A stretch of DNA of 63,547 nucleotides, the filler included, from an uncultured Acidimicrobiia bacterium (GTDB lineage Bacteria; Actinomycetota; Acidimicrobiia; Spongiisociales; JAOTWH01): NCBI GenBank assembly GCA_964347285.1. It is 3 parts of 3 records of this genome, joined end to end, with 100 filler letters (N's around TTAATTAATTAA, not from the genome) between each part and the next. Parts side by side here need not be neighbours in the genome. Positions count along the whole stretch, not along the records: positions 24,438 to 48,346 come from CAYFYE010000033.1; positions 48,447 to 63,547 come from CAYFYE010000061.1; 1 more part is not named here. One strand, written 5' to 3'. The first letter of the stretch is position 1. Every line of letters starts with the position of its first letter. The position numbers and the translations under genes were made by a program. The notes under the pieces are model-generated. The model was not told where the DNA came from and made no database searches. It was given only the letters and a program-made list of their open reading frames with translations. Shown piece by piece: positions 42,690 through 51,473 of the stretch.

Positions 42690-45287
42690 CTAGCCCAGCT
42701 CCTGCAATTGGGCTTCGAGCTTGGCGACCTTTTCGGCCAGCTCGGCCGCTTTCTGCTCTTCCCGGGCTACCACTTCGGCCGGAGCCCGCTCCCGAAATTG
42801 CGGCTTGCTCAGCTTGATCTGGCAGGCGTCGAGGGCCTTCCTGGCGTCGGCAATGGCTTTGCCGAGGCGGGTCCGCTCGGCCTCGACGTCCACCAGACCG
42901 GCCAATGCAAGGAAGCCCTCGACCGGCCCGGCCACCAGTCGGGTGTAGTCACCGCCCTCGGCCGGGGCGTCCCCGAACACCAACGAAACCGCGCCGAGCG
43001 AGGCCGCCTGCTCGCTCCACCACGGTTCGGCGAAGCCCGTCGGATCGGTCACCAGCAGCTCCAGCGGTGTGCGCGGGGCCAGGCCGTGGTCGGCCCGAAA
43101 GCGCCGGACTCCGACGATCAGCTCCTGGAACACCTCCATTGACGGCGGGGCCTTGTAGTCGGGCGGCTCGGGCCATTGCGACGTGGCGATGAGGCCCTCG
43201 CCGATCAGCTCTGACCACAGTTCCTCGGTGAGGTACGGAATGGCCGGGTGGAGGTATTTCAGGACGTCGCGCAGCACCACTCCGACCGTCTGCCGAACCG
43301 GCAGGCGGCGCTTTTGGTCTTGGAGCGGTGCTTTGGCCATCTCCAGGAACCAGTCGAAGATCTCGGACCAGGCGAACGAATACAGCGCCCCGAAGACCTC
43401 GTCGAAGCGGTACTCGTCGTACAAGTGATCGACCCGAGCGGCGACCTCGTGCCAGCGGCTGAGGATCCAACGGCCTTCCGGCCCCGGATCATCCGGGTAA
43501 CCCCCCTCGGCGGGAATATCTCCCGGCGAGAGGTGCCGAAGGGCAAAGCGCGCTGCATTCCACAGCTTGTTGCCGAAGCGCCGGGCAGCGTCCACCCACT
43601 CGGGCTGGAGAGGAATGTCCTGGCCGGGAGCAGCCGCTTGCAGCAGAGCCAGCCGGAGTGGGTCGGCTCCGTACTCGTCCACCACCTCCAGCGGATCGAC
43701 GGCATTGTTCAGCGATTTGGACATCTTGCGCCCGTCGGGAGCCCGCACCAGGCCGTGGATGACTACATCGGGATAAGGAGGCTGCCCGGTGAAGTGCACG
43801 CCCATCTTGATCATCCGGGCCACCCAGAAGTAGATGATGTCGAACCCGGTGACCAGCACCGAGTTCGGGTAGTAGCGGGCCAGGTCCTCGGTCTCCTCCG
43901 GCCATCCCAGTGTGGAGAAAGGCCACAAAGCGGAGGAGAACCACGTGTCGAGGACGTCCTCCTCCGGCCGCAGCTCGCCGTGGCCGCATCGGGGGCACGT
44001 CTGCGGTTCTTGGCGGGCCACGATCACGTCCTCGCATCGATCGCAATACCAGGCCGGGATGCGGTGGCCCCACCACAGCTGGCGGCTGATACACCAGTCG
44101 CGCAGGTTCTCCATCCAGTGGTAGTAGCTGTTTTCCCAGCGCTTGGGAACGAACCGCATCTGGCCGGAACGCACCACCTCGATGGCCGGACCCACCAGCG
44201 GTGCCACTTTGACGAACCACTGCAAGGAGAGCATCGGCTCGACCACCGTCCTGCTGCGCTGGCAGTGTCCGACGGCGTGGTGATGCTCTTCCACCTTCTC
44301 CAGAACGCCGGCGGACCGGAGTGCCTCCTTGACGGCGTGCCGGGCCTCGTAACGGTCCAATCCGGCGAAGCGACCCCCGGCTTCGGTGACCTTGGCTTCT
44401 TCGTCGATGACTTTGATGGGCTCCAGGCCGTGCCGTTCCCCAATCTCGAAATCCACGGGATCGTGGGCGGGCGTCACCTTTACCGCCCCGGTGCCGAACG
44501 ATGGGTCGACCGCACGGTCGGCAACGATGGGTATGGGCCGGTCCATCAGAGGCAGAATGACGTTCCGCCCCACCAGTTCTCGGAATCGCTCATCGTCGGG
44601 GTGAACGGCCACGGCGGTATCGCCCAGCATCGTTTCTGCCCTCGTGGTGGCGACCGAGATCCCACCGTCTCCCTCGGCGAAGGGGTAGGTGATCGTCACC
44701 AGCTCCCCGATCTCGTCCTCATACTCCACTTCGATATCCGAGAGCGCGGTGTGGCAGCGAGGACACCAGTTGATGATGCGGTCGGCTCGGTAGATGAGGC
44801 CCTCGTCATAGAGGCGCACGAACACCTCGAGGACGGCCCGCGACAGGCCGTCGTCCATCGTGAATCGCTCCCGACTCCAGTCACACGAGAATCCGAGGGT
44901 GCGCATCTGCTCACTGATGCGGCCCCCCGACCGCTCCTTCCAGCGCCACACCTCCTCGACGAATCGATCCCGGCCCAGATCGTGGCGAGTGAGGCCCTCT
45001 GCCGCTAGCTCGCGCTCCACGACATTCTGGGTAGCGATGCCGGCGTGGTCGGTGCCCGGCACCCACAGTGCTGCGAGACCCTGCATGCGCTTGCGCCGGA
45101 TAACGACGTCCTGGATGGACATGTCCAGGGCGTGCCCCATATGGAGCGAGCCGGTGACGTTGGGCGGAGGAATGACGATGCAGAAGGGCTCGCCGTCGGG
45201 GTTCAGCTCAGGCCGGAAGGCTCCGGCTTGTTCCCAGACGTCGTACCAGCGAGCCTCCACGGCCTTCGGATCGTACGTTGGATCCAT
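42690..45287 (-). CDS. valS: Valine--tRNA ligase
   Basis: PPPNVTGSLHMGH, DWCISRQLWWGH, KMSKS, C-terminal coiled coil. Confidence 0.97.
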   Translation of the reverse strand: MDPTYDPKAVEARWYDVWEQAGAFRPELNPDGEPFCIVIPPPNVTGSLHMGHALDMSIQDVVIRRKRMQGLAALWVPGTDHAGIATQNVVERELAAEGLTRHDLGRDRFVEEVWRWKERSGGRISEQMRTLGFSCDWSRERFTMDDGLSRAVLEVFVRLYDEGLIYRADRIINWCPRCHTALSDIEVEYEDEIGELVTITYPFAEGDGGISVATTRAETMLGDTAVAVHPDDERFRELVGRNVILPLMDRPIPIVADRAVDPSFGTGAVKVTPAHDPVDFEIGERHGLEPIKVIDEEAKVTEAGGRFAGLDRYEARHAVKEALRSAGVLEKVEEHHHAVGHCQRSRTVVEPMLSLQWFVKVAPLVGPAIEVVRSGQMRFVPKRWENSYYHWMENLRDWCISRQLWWGHRIPAWYCDRCEDVIVARQEPQTCPRCGHGELRPEEDVLDTWFSSALWPFSTLGWPEETEDLARYYPNSVLVTGFDIIYFWVARMIKMGVHFTGQPPYPDVVIHGLVRAPDGRKMSKSLNNAVDPLEVVDEYGADPLRLALLQAAAPGQDIPLQPEWVDAARRFGNKLWNAARFALRHLSPGDIPAEGGYPDDPGPEGRWILSRWHEVAARVDHLYDEYRFDEVFGALYSFAWSEIFDWFLEMAKAPLQDQKRRLPVRQTVGVVLRDVLKYLHPAIPYLTEELWSELIGEGLIATSQWPEPPDYKAPPSMEVFQELIVGVRRFRADHGLAPRTPLELLVTDPTGFAEPWWSEQAASLGAVSLVFGDAPAEGGDYTRLVAGPVEGFLALAGLVDVEAERTRLGKAIADARKALDACQIKLSKPQFRERAPAEVVAREEQKAAELAEKVAKLEAQLQELG

Positions 45288-45342
45288 CAGGTCCTTCACA
45301 CATCGGGTCCGGATGATAGAGACAGTGGACCACAGGCATGCC

Positions 45343-45538
45343 AAGACAACGCCCGGGAGCAAAAGCTCCCGGGCGTTGCAGTGGGCGGCGGCTCGACGGG
45401 AGGAGGAGTCGCCGGAAGCTCGCCGTCACCACAGTTGGAGGGTGGGGCCCGGGAGCTTTTCAGCTCCCGGGCCTGGTTGCCCCTAGCTCGCCCGTACCTT
45501 GGCGGTTGGAGGAGGAGAGAGTCCGCCCGCTTCCCTTG
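45343..45538 (-). ncRNA. Candidate sRNA with CCUCC-rich (anti-Shine-Dalgarno) loops
   Basis: Hairpins with loops CUCUCUCCUCCUCC and UCCUCCUCCC alternate with two GCCCGGGAGC stem-loops; the last stem is terminator-like. Confidence 0.5.
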
Positions 45539-45747
45539 CTGAGTACGGTAACCGTACAACCACGCAAAGTGTCCGTACAGATACAACCGGATCGACCACG
45601 AGATGACTAGTCACTCGGCGTCGGGCAGCGAATCCGGCGCAGATGGATCCAATTGGCGCCGGCGGCTTGCGGCGGCCCTCAGGGTTAAGCTGCGGCCTCT
45701 CCAGTTGCGGGTTTGCGCCGGCCGGCACCCCGGCCCGCCCAACGCCT

Positions 45748-48346
45748 CTACCGCTCGCGGCCCGCCCGGCGCCGGGATGCCAGCAGCAGCATCGCCCCCA
45801 CCAGAAGGAGGCCCAGCGCCAACGTTGCCAGCGAATCCGACGACAGGCCGGTCTTGGGCAGAGTCGTCGGGGCTGCCGCCACCGTGGTCGTCGTGGTAGT
45901 GGTAGTGGTGGTAGTGGTGGTCGTGGTGGCGGCCTGCCGCACGACACTGGCGCTCACCGTTGCATCGTCCTGGTCGTCTTCGGCCGGGACGTTGTTTCCA
46001 GGCTGGGAATCGATGTCGGTCTCTTTGTGCGCCGTCACCTCGGCCACGTTGGTGAAGATGCCGTCGGTGGAGACGGTGGCCACGATCTGGAAGCTCACCG
46101 TCGCCCCGGCCCCCAGGTTCCCGATGGTCCAGGTTCCGGTAGCGGAATCGAAGGCGCCGCCGGAGGTGTCGGACTTGTAGTTGAGACCGGCGGGCAGGCG
46201 GTCCTGGACCACTACCCCGGTGGCAGGGTCGGGACCCTTGTTGGTCACGGACACGGTGAAGGTGACGTCGGCGCTGGGTGCTTCGGGAGTGAGCGCCACC
46301 TGACTCTGGTCGACGCTCTTGACCAGCTCCACGTCGATGGGCACATCGCAGGCCACGTTGACGGTGGCGGTGTCGTTGCCGGGTGCGGTATCGATCACCT
46401 CGGTGAGGGCGCCGCCCGCGTCGGGATCGGGCTCGGACGACTTCACAGTGGCCGTATTGACGCAGGTGGTGGCGGCGCTGTGGGCGGCCCTGACGTCGAT
46501 CCTGATCCGGGCGGTATTGGATCCCACCGGAGCCCCGTTCATCCTGCCCAGCTGGCAGGTCACTTCCCCGCCGGTGGCCGAGCCGCTGTGGGTGCATTCG
46601 GTGCTCGGGCCCGGCGAGGCCTCGGTGAGGATCGTGGCCGCCACGAAGCTCACCTCGGGCGGCAACGTGTCGGTGACCAGCACGTTCATGGCGCCGGAGA
46701 TCCCGGCGTTGGTCACGTCGAGGGTGTAGGAGAAGGAGCCTCCCGGCAGGGCCGAACCGGCCGAAGCCGACTTGACGATCTGCAGATCGATCAGGGGCTC
46801 GGCCACGGCGTTCTTCTTGGTGTAGTTGCAGCCCACGCCGGCCGGCTGGGGGAAGGGTTCGTCGGGATCGGCGAGCCAGGCGTTCGTATTCGACTCATCC
46901 CCGCAGGGCGTATCTGCCACCTTGATCGTGTTGGCTTCCAGCCCTGCCGACGTCTCGTTGCTGAAGACCCACGCCCGGTTCCAGACCCGGTCTCGTGCGA
47001 ACTGATCCATCCTCAGGTCGAATACGAACGCTGCCGATTCGCCCGGCCCCAGATCACCGACCTCGCAGCGGATGCCGTGCACGGCCGCTTCGTACGTGCA
47101 TCCAGCCGGAAGAGTGGGCGTGCTGGTTGGGTTCAGCCAATCGTTCGTGCCGGTCGTCACGGCCACCGGCACGACGGTCTGGTCCGGATCGCGCTCGCTG
47201 AAGTCGGGCACTCCGGGAGCGGGGACGTCGATCCGGAAGGCAGGATCGTTGACATCATCGCTCGTCGGACCGACCCCAGGGAATTCCTCAAAAGGCCCGG
47301 TGCCGAACGGCGGATCGCCCGGCATCGGCAGGGTCCGGGCCGGAAGCACGTCGAGGAGCACCACATCCGTTGCGGTGTCCGGTCCCAGGTTCTCGACCGC
47401 TACCTCATAGCGGAACGGTCCGCCGGCGATCACGGTGTCGGTTGCGCCGAAGCCGAGCACCCTCAAGTCCTGGCTCAATACCGCTGCGAAGGTCGTCTTG
47501 GTCACCTGCAAATCGACGTCGGGGATGACCAGGCCGGCGTCCCAGGTGAGATCGGTTTCACCGGCCTCCAAGTCGATGAGCGTTGTTTGCCCACTGACCG
47601 GGTTGGCATCCGAGTCGTTCTCCGGCGTAGATCCGGAAGCGTTCTGCGCAGTGAACGAGCCCACCGGCGGGATGAACACCAGCCGGTAGTCGTCGCCGGG
47701 GATGAGGCCGTCGAAACCGTAGATGCCCGAGCCGTTGGTAGAGGTGGCGGCGATCTGCGAACCACCCTTCCACAGGAACACCTGCACTCCCTCGACACCC
47801 GGCTCGCCCTCGTCCTGGATGCCGTTGCCGTTGCCGTCATCCCACACGAAGTCGCCCAGCTCCGCCAGGACGCAGGCGTGAGCGGGGTCTTCGGCCTCGA
47901 AGTCCCCAATCGTCAGCGTGGCGGTGTCGACGTGGACCGTCACCGAGTCCTCGGCTTGGTCGGGGTCGCAGCGCCCGGCCACCACGTTGGGCGGTTTGAG
48001 CGGAGCGCTGGGAGCGGCACCGGCCACGGTGTAGATCCAGGTCTCGCCCGCCTGCAAGATGCCGATGACACCGCCGTCGCCGGCGGGTCCGCTGACCCCG
48101 CTCTGGGGCGTTCCGTTGGAAACGATGGCGCCCAACAGGTCGTCGCTGATCGAGATGTCGGTCGCCGGCACCGAGGCGCCGGAAACCAGTGCCACCTCGA
48201 AGTTGAATTCGATGGGATCGCCCGGCCCGGCCTGCGGCATCGGACCATTGCGGTCGTTGGCGTCCTGGCCTTCGATCAACTTGCGGAACTCCAACTCGGG
48301 GGGCGGATTGCAGTAGTGGGAGGGATCGGAGTCGGACGCCCCGAGC
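45748..48346 (-). CDS. Large sortase-anchored surface protein (SdrD B-like and DUF11-like Ig repeats), 5'-truncated by contig end
   Basis: LGDFVWDDGNGNGIQD..GEPG, repeated DLxxxK..N.GP..AT.V.V.D.LP units, Thr-rich linker, LPKTG, transmembrane helix, RRR tail; frame open up to the gap. Confidence 0.88.
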
Positions 48347-48446
48347 NNNNNNNNNNNNNNNNNNNNNNNNNNNNNNNNNNNNNNNNNNNNTTAATTAATT
48401 AANNNNNNNNNNNNNNNNNNNNNNNNNNNNNNNNNNNNNNNNNNNN
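48347..48446. other. Artificial contig-joining spacer
   Basis: 44 N, TTAATTAATTAA, 44 N. Confidence 0.98.
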
Positions 48447-48473
48447 GTGGAGGTTCGAATCCTCCCCCGGGCA
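48447..48473 (+). tRNA. tRNA 3' fragment (T-arm and acceptor strand; probably tRNA-Leu)
   Basis: GGAGG-TTCGAAT-CCTCC-CCCGGGC-A; the anticodon is not visible. Confidence 0.7.
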
Positions 48474-48537
48474 CTTCCTGCCGGCTCCCGGCGGGCTACG
48501 GCCCGCCCGGCCGGTACCGACGTTCTACGCTTGGAGC

Positions 48538-49518
48538 ATGGCCCGACACGGCCTCAGCGATCCTCGGTTCGTCATCGAAGACTTCGAGCCCGCCTATCTC
48601 GAGACGTGGCGGCGCGGGGAACTCGACGCCAAGGTCCATGACGCCCTCGAAGAGCTCCGTGACTGCAAAGCGTGTCCGCGCGACTGCGGAGTGAACCGGC
48701 TCGAGGACGAGCGCAGTCTGTGCCACACCGGCCGCCACGCCTACGTGTCCAGTGCCTTTCCCCACTTTGGGGAGGAGGACTGCCTGCGGGGCCGGAACGG
48801 CTCGGGGACGATCTTCTTCGCGTTCTGCAACCTGCGCTGTGTGTTCTGCCAGAACTGGGACATCTCGCAGGCGCCGTCGGGCCGGGAGAGCACCGCCGCC
48901 GAGATCGCCGCTCTCATGCTGGAGCTTCAGGAGGCCGGGTGCCACAACATCAACTTCGTCACTCCGGAGCACGTGGCCCCGGAGGTGGTGGAGGCGGTGG
49001 CCGTGGCCGTGCCGGCCGGATTGCGAGTACCGCTGGTTTACAACACCTCGGCCTACGACGCCCTCTCTTCACTTCGCCTCATGGATGGGCTGATCGACAT
49101 CTACATGCCCGACTTCAAGTTCTGGGAGCCGGAGACGGCCCGCCGACTGGCCCGGGCCAAGGACTACCCGGAGCGGGCCCGGGAGGCCATCGCCGAGATG
49201 CATCGTCAGGTAGGGGTGCTGCGGTTCGGGCCGGACGGCGTCGCCCGGCGAGGAGTGCTGCTGCGCCACCTGGTCATGCCCGGCCTTGGCGATGAGACGG
49301 CAGCCATCTTCCAATGGCTGGCCGGCGAGCTCTCGCCGGATACCTACGTCAACGTCATGGGTCAGTATCGGCCCGACCACAAGGTGCCCGGTTCCGATCG
49401 CTATCGCGACATCGACCGCCCGCCGGCCCCGGCGGAGTTGGAGGCCGCCTACGCCGCCGCCCGGGCCGCCGGGCTGTGGCGGTTCGACCGGCGGGTGGGA
49501 CGCCCGGTGATCGCCTAG
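48538..49518 (+). CDS. Radical SAM protein, PflX-like
   Basis: CKACPRDC, HFGEE..GSGTIFF, CNLRCVFCQN (CX3CX2C), HNINFVTP, YMPDFK. Confidence 0.9.
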   Translation: MARHGLSDPRFVIEDFEPAYLETWRRGELDAKVHDALEELRDCKACPRDCGVNRLEDERSLCHTGRHAYVSSAFPHFGEEDCLRGRNGSGTIFFAFCNLRCVFCQNWDISQAPSGRESTAAEIAALMLELQEAGCHNINFVTPEHVAPEVVEAVAVAVPAGLRVPLVYNTSAYDALSSLRLMDGLIDIYMPDFKFWEPETARRLARAKDYPERAREAIAEMHRQVGVLRFGPDGVARRGVLLRHLVMPGLGDETAAIFQWLAGELSPDTYVNVMGQYRPDHKVPGSDRYRDIDRPPAPAELEAAYAAARAAGLWRFDRRVGRPVIA

Positions 49519-49548
49519 GGCTCGGCCGGCGGGGCCCGGCCGGCCCGC

Positions 49549-50550
49549 CTACTCGGTATAGAAGCGGTCGTCGATGAGGCGCTCGGACACGTAGCCGCCG
49601 GACGGCTCGAACCGGTAGTGCTCGAAGTCCTTGCGAAACTCCAGGTCGAGCGGGGCCGGGCCGCCCCGGTTCTTCTCGATGGTGAACACCACCTGGCGGT
49701 GGAATGACTCGGCCTGTACCGGGTCGTAGGCGGTGTGCACTTTGGACACGGCGTCGAACTTCTCGTTGAGCATGATCACGACGTCGGCCTCGTAGGCGAG
49801 TGCCGAGGACCCCCGCAGGTGATGGAGCCGCAGCCGGCGGGCGACCAAGCCCGGGGCGTCGCTGGCCACTACTGCCACCACCGGCACCCCCCGCCGCAGG
49901 GAGATCTCCTTGAGGCTCTCGACGACCCGGATGACCTTCTCGGTGTTGTCGACCGAGTGGTCGGGGAGGGCGATCTTCTGGAGGTAGTCGACGAACAATG
50001 CTGCGTGGTCGTGCTCGGCGATCATACGCTCCAACTCGGCCGGCCCGGTGGTCGCACCCGAGGCCCGAGCCAGCCAGAGACGCCCGGCGTACTCGTCGAG
50101 CCGCTCGCATGCGCCTTCGAGGACCGAGTTGTGTGGCACCAGCTCGTCGAGGCCCCGTCGACCGGTAGCGACGTCCCACAGCATCATCCGCAGCTGATCG
50201 GAGCCGGCCAGGTCGGTGCGCCGGGTGATCTCGCCCACTTCCAGCATGATGAGCCGGGCCAGCAATGCCGAGACGTCGTGCTCGAAGCAGGCATAGACGA
50301 CGGCACGACCCGATCGGGCGGCATGGCGGGCCCACTGCAAGGTGACCACGGTCTTGCCGACGCCGGGCAGCCCCCCGACGAGCGTCAGGTCGCGGGGAGC
50401 GAACCCGCTACCGAGGGCCCGATCGAGGGGATCGAACCCGGTGGCGGACCAGGTGGATGGGTGGCCGGCTCCTTCCCGGAGCGAATCCTTGATCGCGGCG
50501 GCCGTGTTTGCTCCGATGAGGGTTTCCCGAAGGTGGATCGTGTTGGTCAA
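49549..50550 (-). CDS. Stand-alone DnaB-like (SF4/RecA-fold) ATPase, copy 1
   Basis: TGFDPLD, GLPGVGKT (Walker A), FEHD, FVDYLQ (Walker B), LRGSSALAYEAD, EKNRGGP. Confidence 0.88.
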   Translation of the reverse strand: MTNTIHLRETLIGANTAAAIKDSLREGAGHPSTWSATGFDPLDRALGSGFAPRDLTLVGGLPGVGKTVVTLQWARHAARSGRAVVYACFEHDVSALLARLIMLEVGEITRRTDLAGSDQLRMMLWDVATGRRGLDELVPHNSVLEGACERLDEYAGRLWLARASGATTGPAELERMIAEHDHAALFVDYLQKIALPDHSVDNTEKVIRVVESLKEISLRRGVPVVAVVASDAPGLVARRLRLHHLRGSSALAYEADVVIMLNEKFDAVSKVHTAYDPVQAESFHRQVVFTIEKNRGGPAPLDLEFRKDFEHYRFEPSGGYVSERLIDDRFYTE

Positions 50551-50559
50551 GGGGGCTCC

Positions 50560-51462
50560 CTATCCGCCCAGTGCCCGCCAGATCCTGATGGCCGCAGGGC
50601 CCAGGAGCACGATGAACAGCGCCGGGAAGATGCACAGGGCGAGAGGGAAGATGATCTTGACGGGGATCTTCAGCGCTCGCTCCTCGGCGCGTTGATGTCG
50701 CTTCAGCCGCAGTTCAGAAGCCTGGACCCGCAGCACGTCGGCGATGGGAAGGCCGTACGCCTCGGATTGGAGGGTGGCGAACACGAAGTTGCGGAGGTCG
50801 GAAACCGTGCTCCGCTCGGCCAGGTTGCGCAGCGCCTCGTCGCGAGAAACGCCGATTTGCATCTCCTGAAGCACCCTGAAGACCTCCTCGGCCATCGGCC
50901 CCTCGCCCACCTGGGCGGCCCGTCCCAAGGCGGCCTCGAAGCCGAGACCGGCGCTGACACTCATCGTCAGCTGGTCGAGGACGTCCGGAAGGGCTCGCTC
51001 GATCTCCTGCTGCCGCTCTGTTGCCCGGCTCCTCACCACGAGGTCGGGAATGAAGTAGCCGACGGCGGCTCCGGCGACGACCACGAGCAGAAGCCGACCG
51101 AGGCCCTGAGGGCCGAGCACGAACCACGAGATGAACCCGGTGAGGGCCGCCATGAGGAATTTGGCCGCCAGCACTCGCTCCACGGGCCACTTCGCCCCCA
51201 GCCCGGCGAAGGTGATCTGACGCTCCAGCCCCTCCACCCAGCCGGCCGGGGTGAGCACTCGTAGCCGCCCCGAGATGGCGGCGATTGCGGGACGGAAGAC
51301 ACGCTCGGTGGCCGATTGGGTCAGGGCCAGCTGGTGCAGGTCGGCGGCCGGGGCGCCGTCCCCTGCGGAGGCGCGGGCCGGCCGTTTGGCGCTCAGAGAG
51401 AGCCACAGGATCGGCAGCGAGGCGGAGATGGCCGCAGCGGCGATGATGACGGTGAGTGGCAT
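50560..51462 (-). CDS. tadC: Tad pilus platform protein TadC
   Basis: LPDVLDQL..AGLGFEAAL, AEERALKIPVKIIFPL..IFP. Confidence 0.92.
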   Translation of the reverse strand: MPLTVIIAAAAISASLPILWLSLSAKRPARASAGDGAPAADLHQLALTQSATERVFRPAIAAISGRLRVLTPAGWVEGLERQITFAGLGAKWPVERVLAAKFLMAALTGFISWFVLGPQGLGRLLLVVVAGAAVGYFIPDLVVRSRATERQQEIERALPDVLDQLTMSVSAGLGFEAALGRAAQVGEGPMAEEVFRVLQEMQIGVSRDEALRNLAERSTVSDLRNFVFATLQSEAYGLPIADVLRVQASELRLKRHQRAEERALKIPVKIIFPLALCIFPALFIVLLGPAAIRIWRALGG

Positions 51463-51473
51463 TCTCGGACCCC

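Noticed and set aside
45343..45538. T-box riboswitch for valS
   Set aside because: Only a poor UGGUGAC match to UGGNACC, a weak antiterminator helix and no recognisable Stem I; valS seems to have its own -10. Not fully excluded without a covariance-model scan.
45884..45930. Trinucleotide-like repeat as a phase-variation tract
   Set aside because: Mixed Thr codons encoding an in-frame stalk before LPKTG; not a pure simple-sequence repeat.
45643..48402. 919-aa + strand ORF and other long antisense ORFs (e.g. 13187-14875, 20150-22420, 35262-36941, 43248-45008, 49735-51264)
   Set aside because: They lie opposite well-supported genes and have no motifs; typical high-GC antisense shadows.
49549..50550. 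Calling the DnaB-like genes the replicative helicase dnaB or a prophage replication module
   Set aside because: They have no N-terminal DnaB domain and an altered H3 motif, there are no primase, rplI or phage neighbours, and both copies sit in tad operons.
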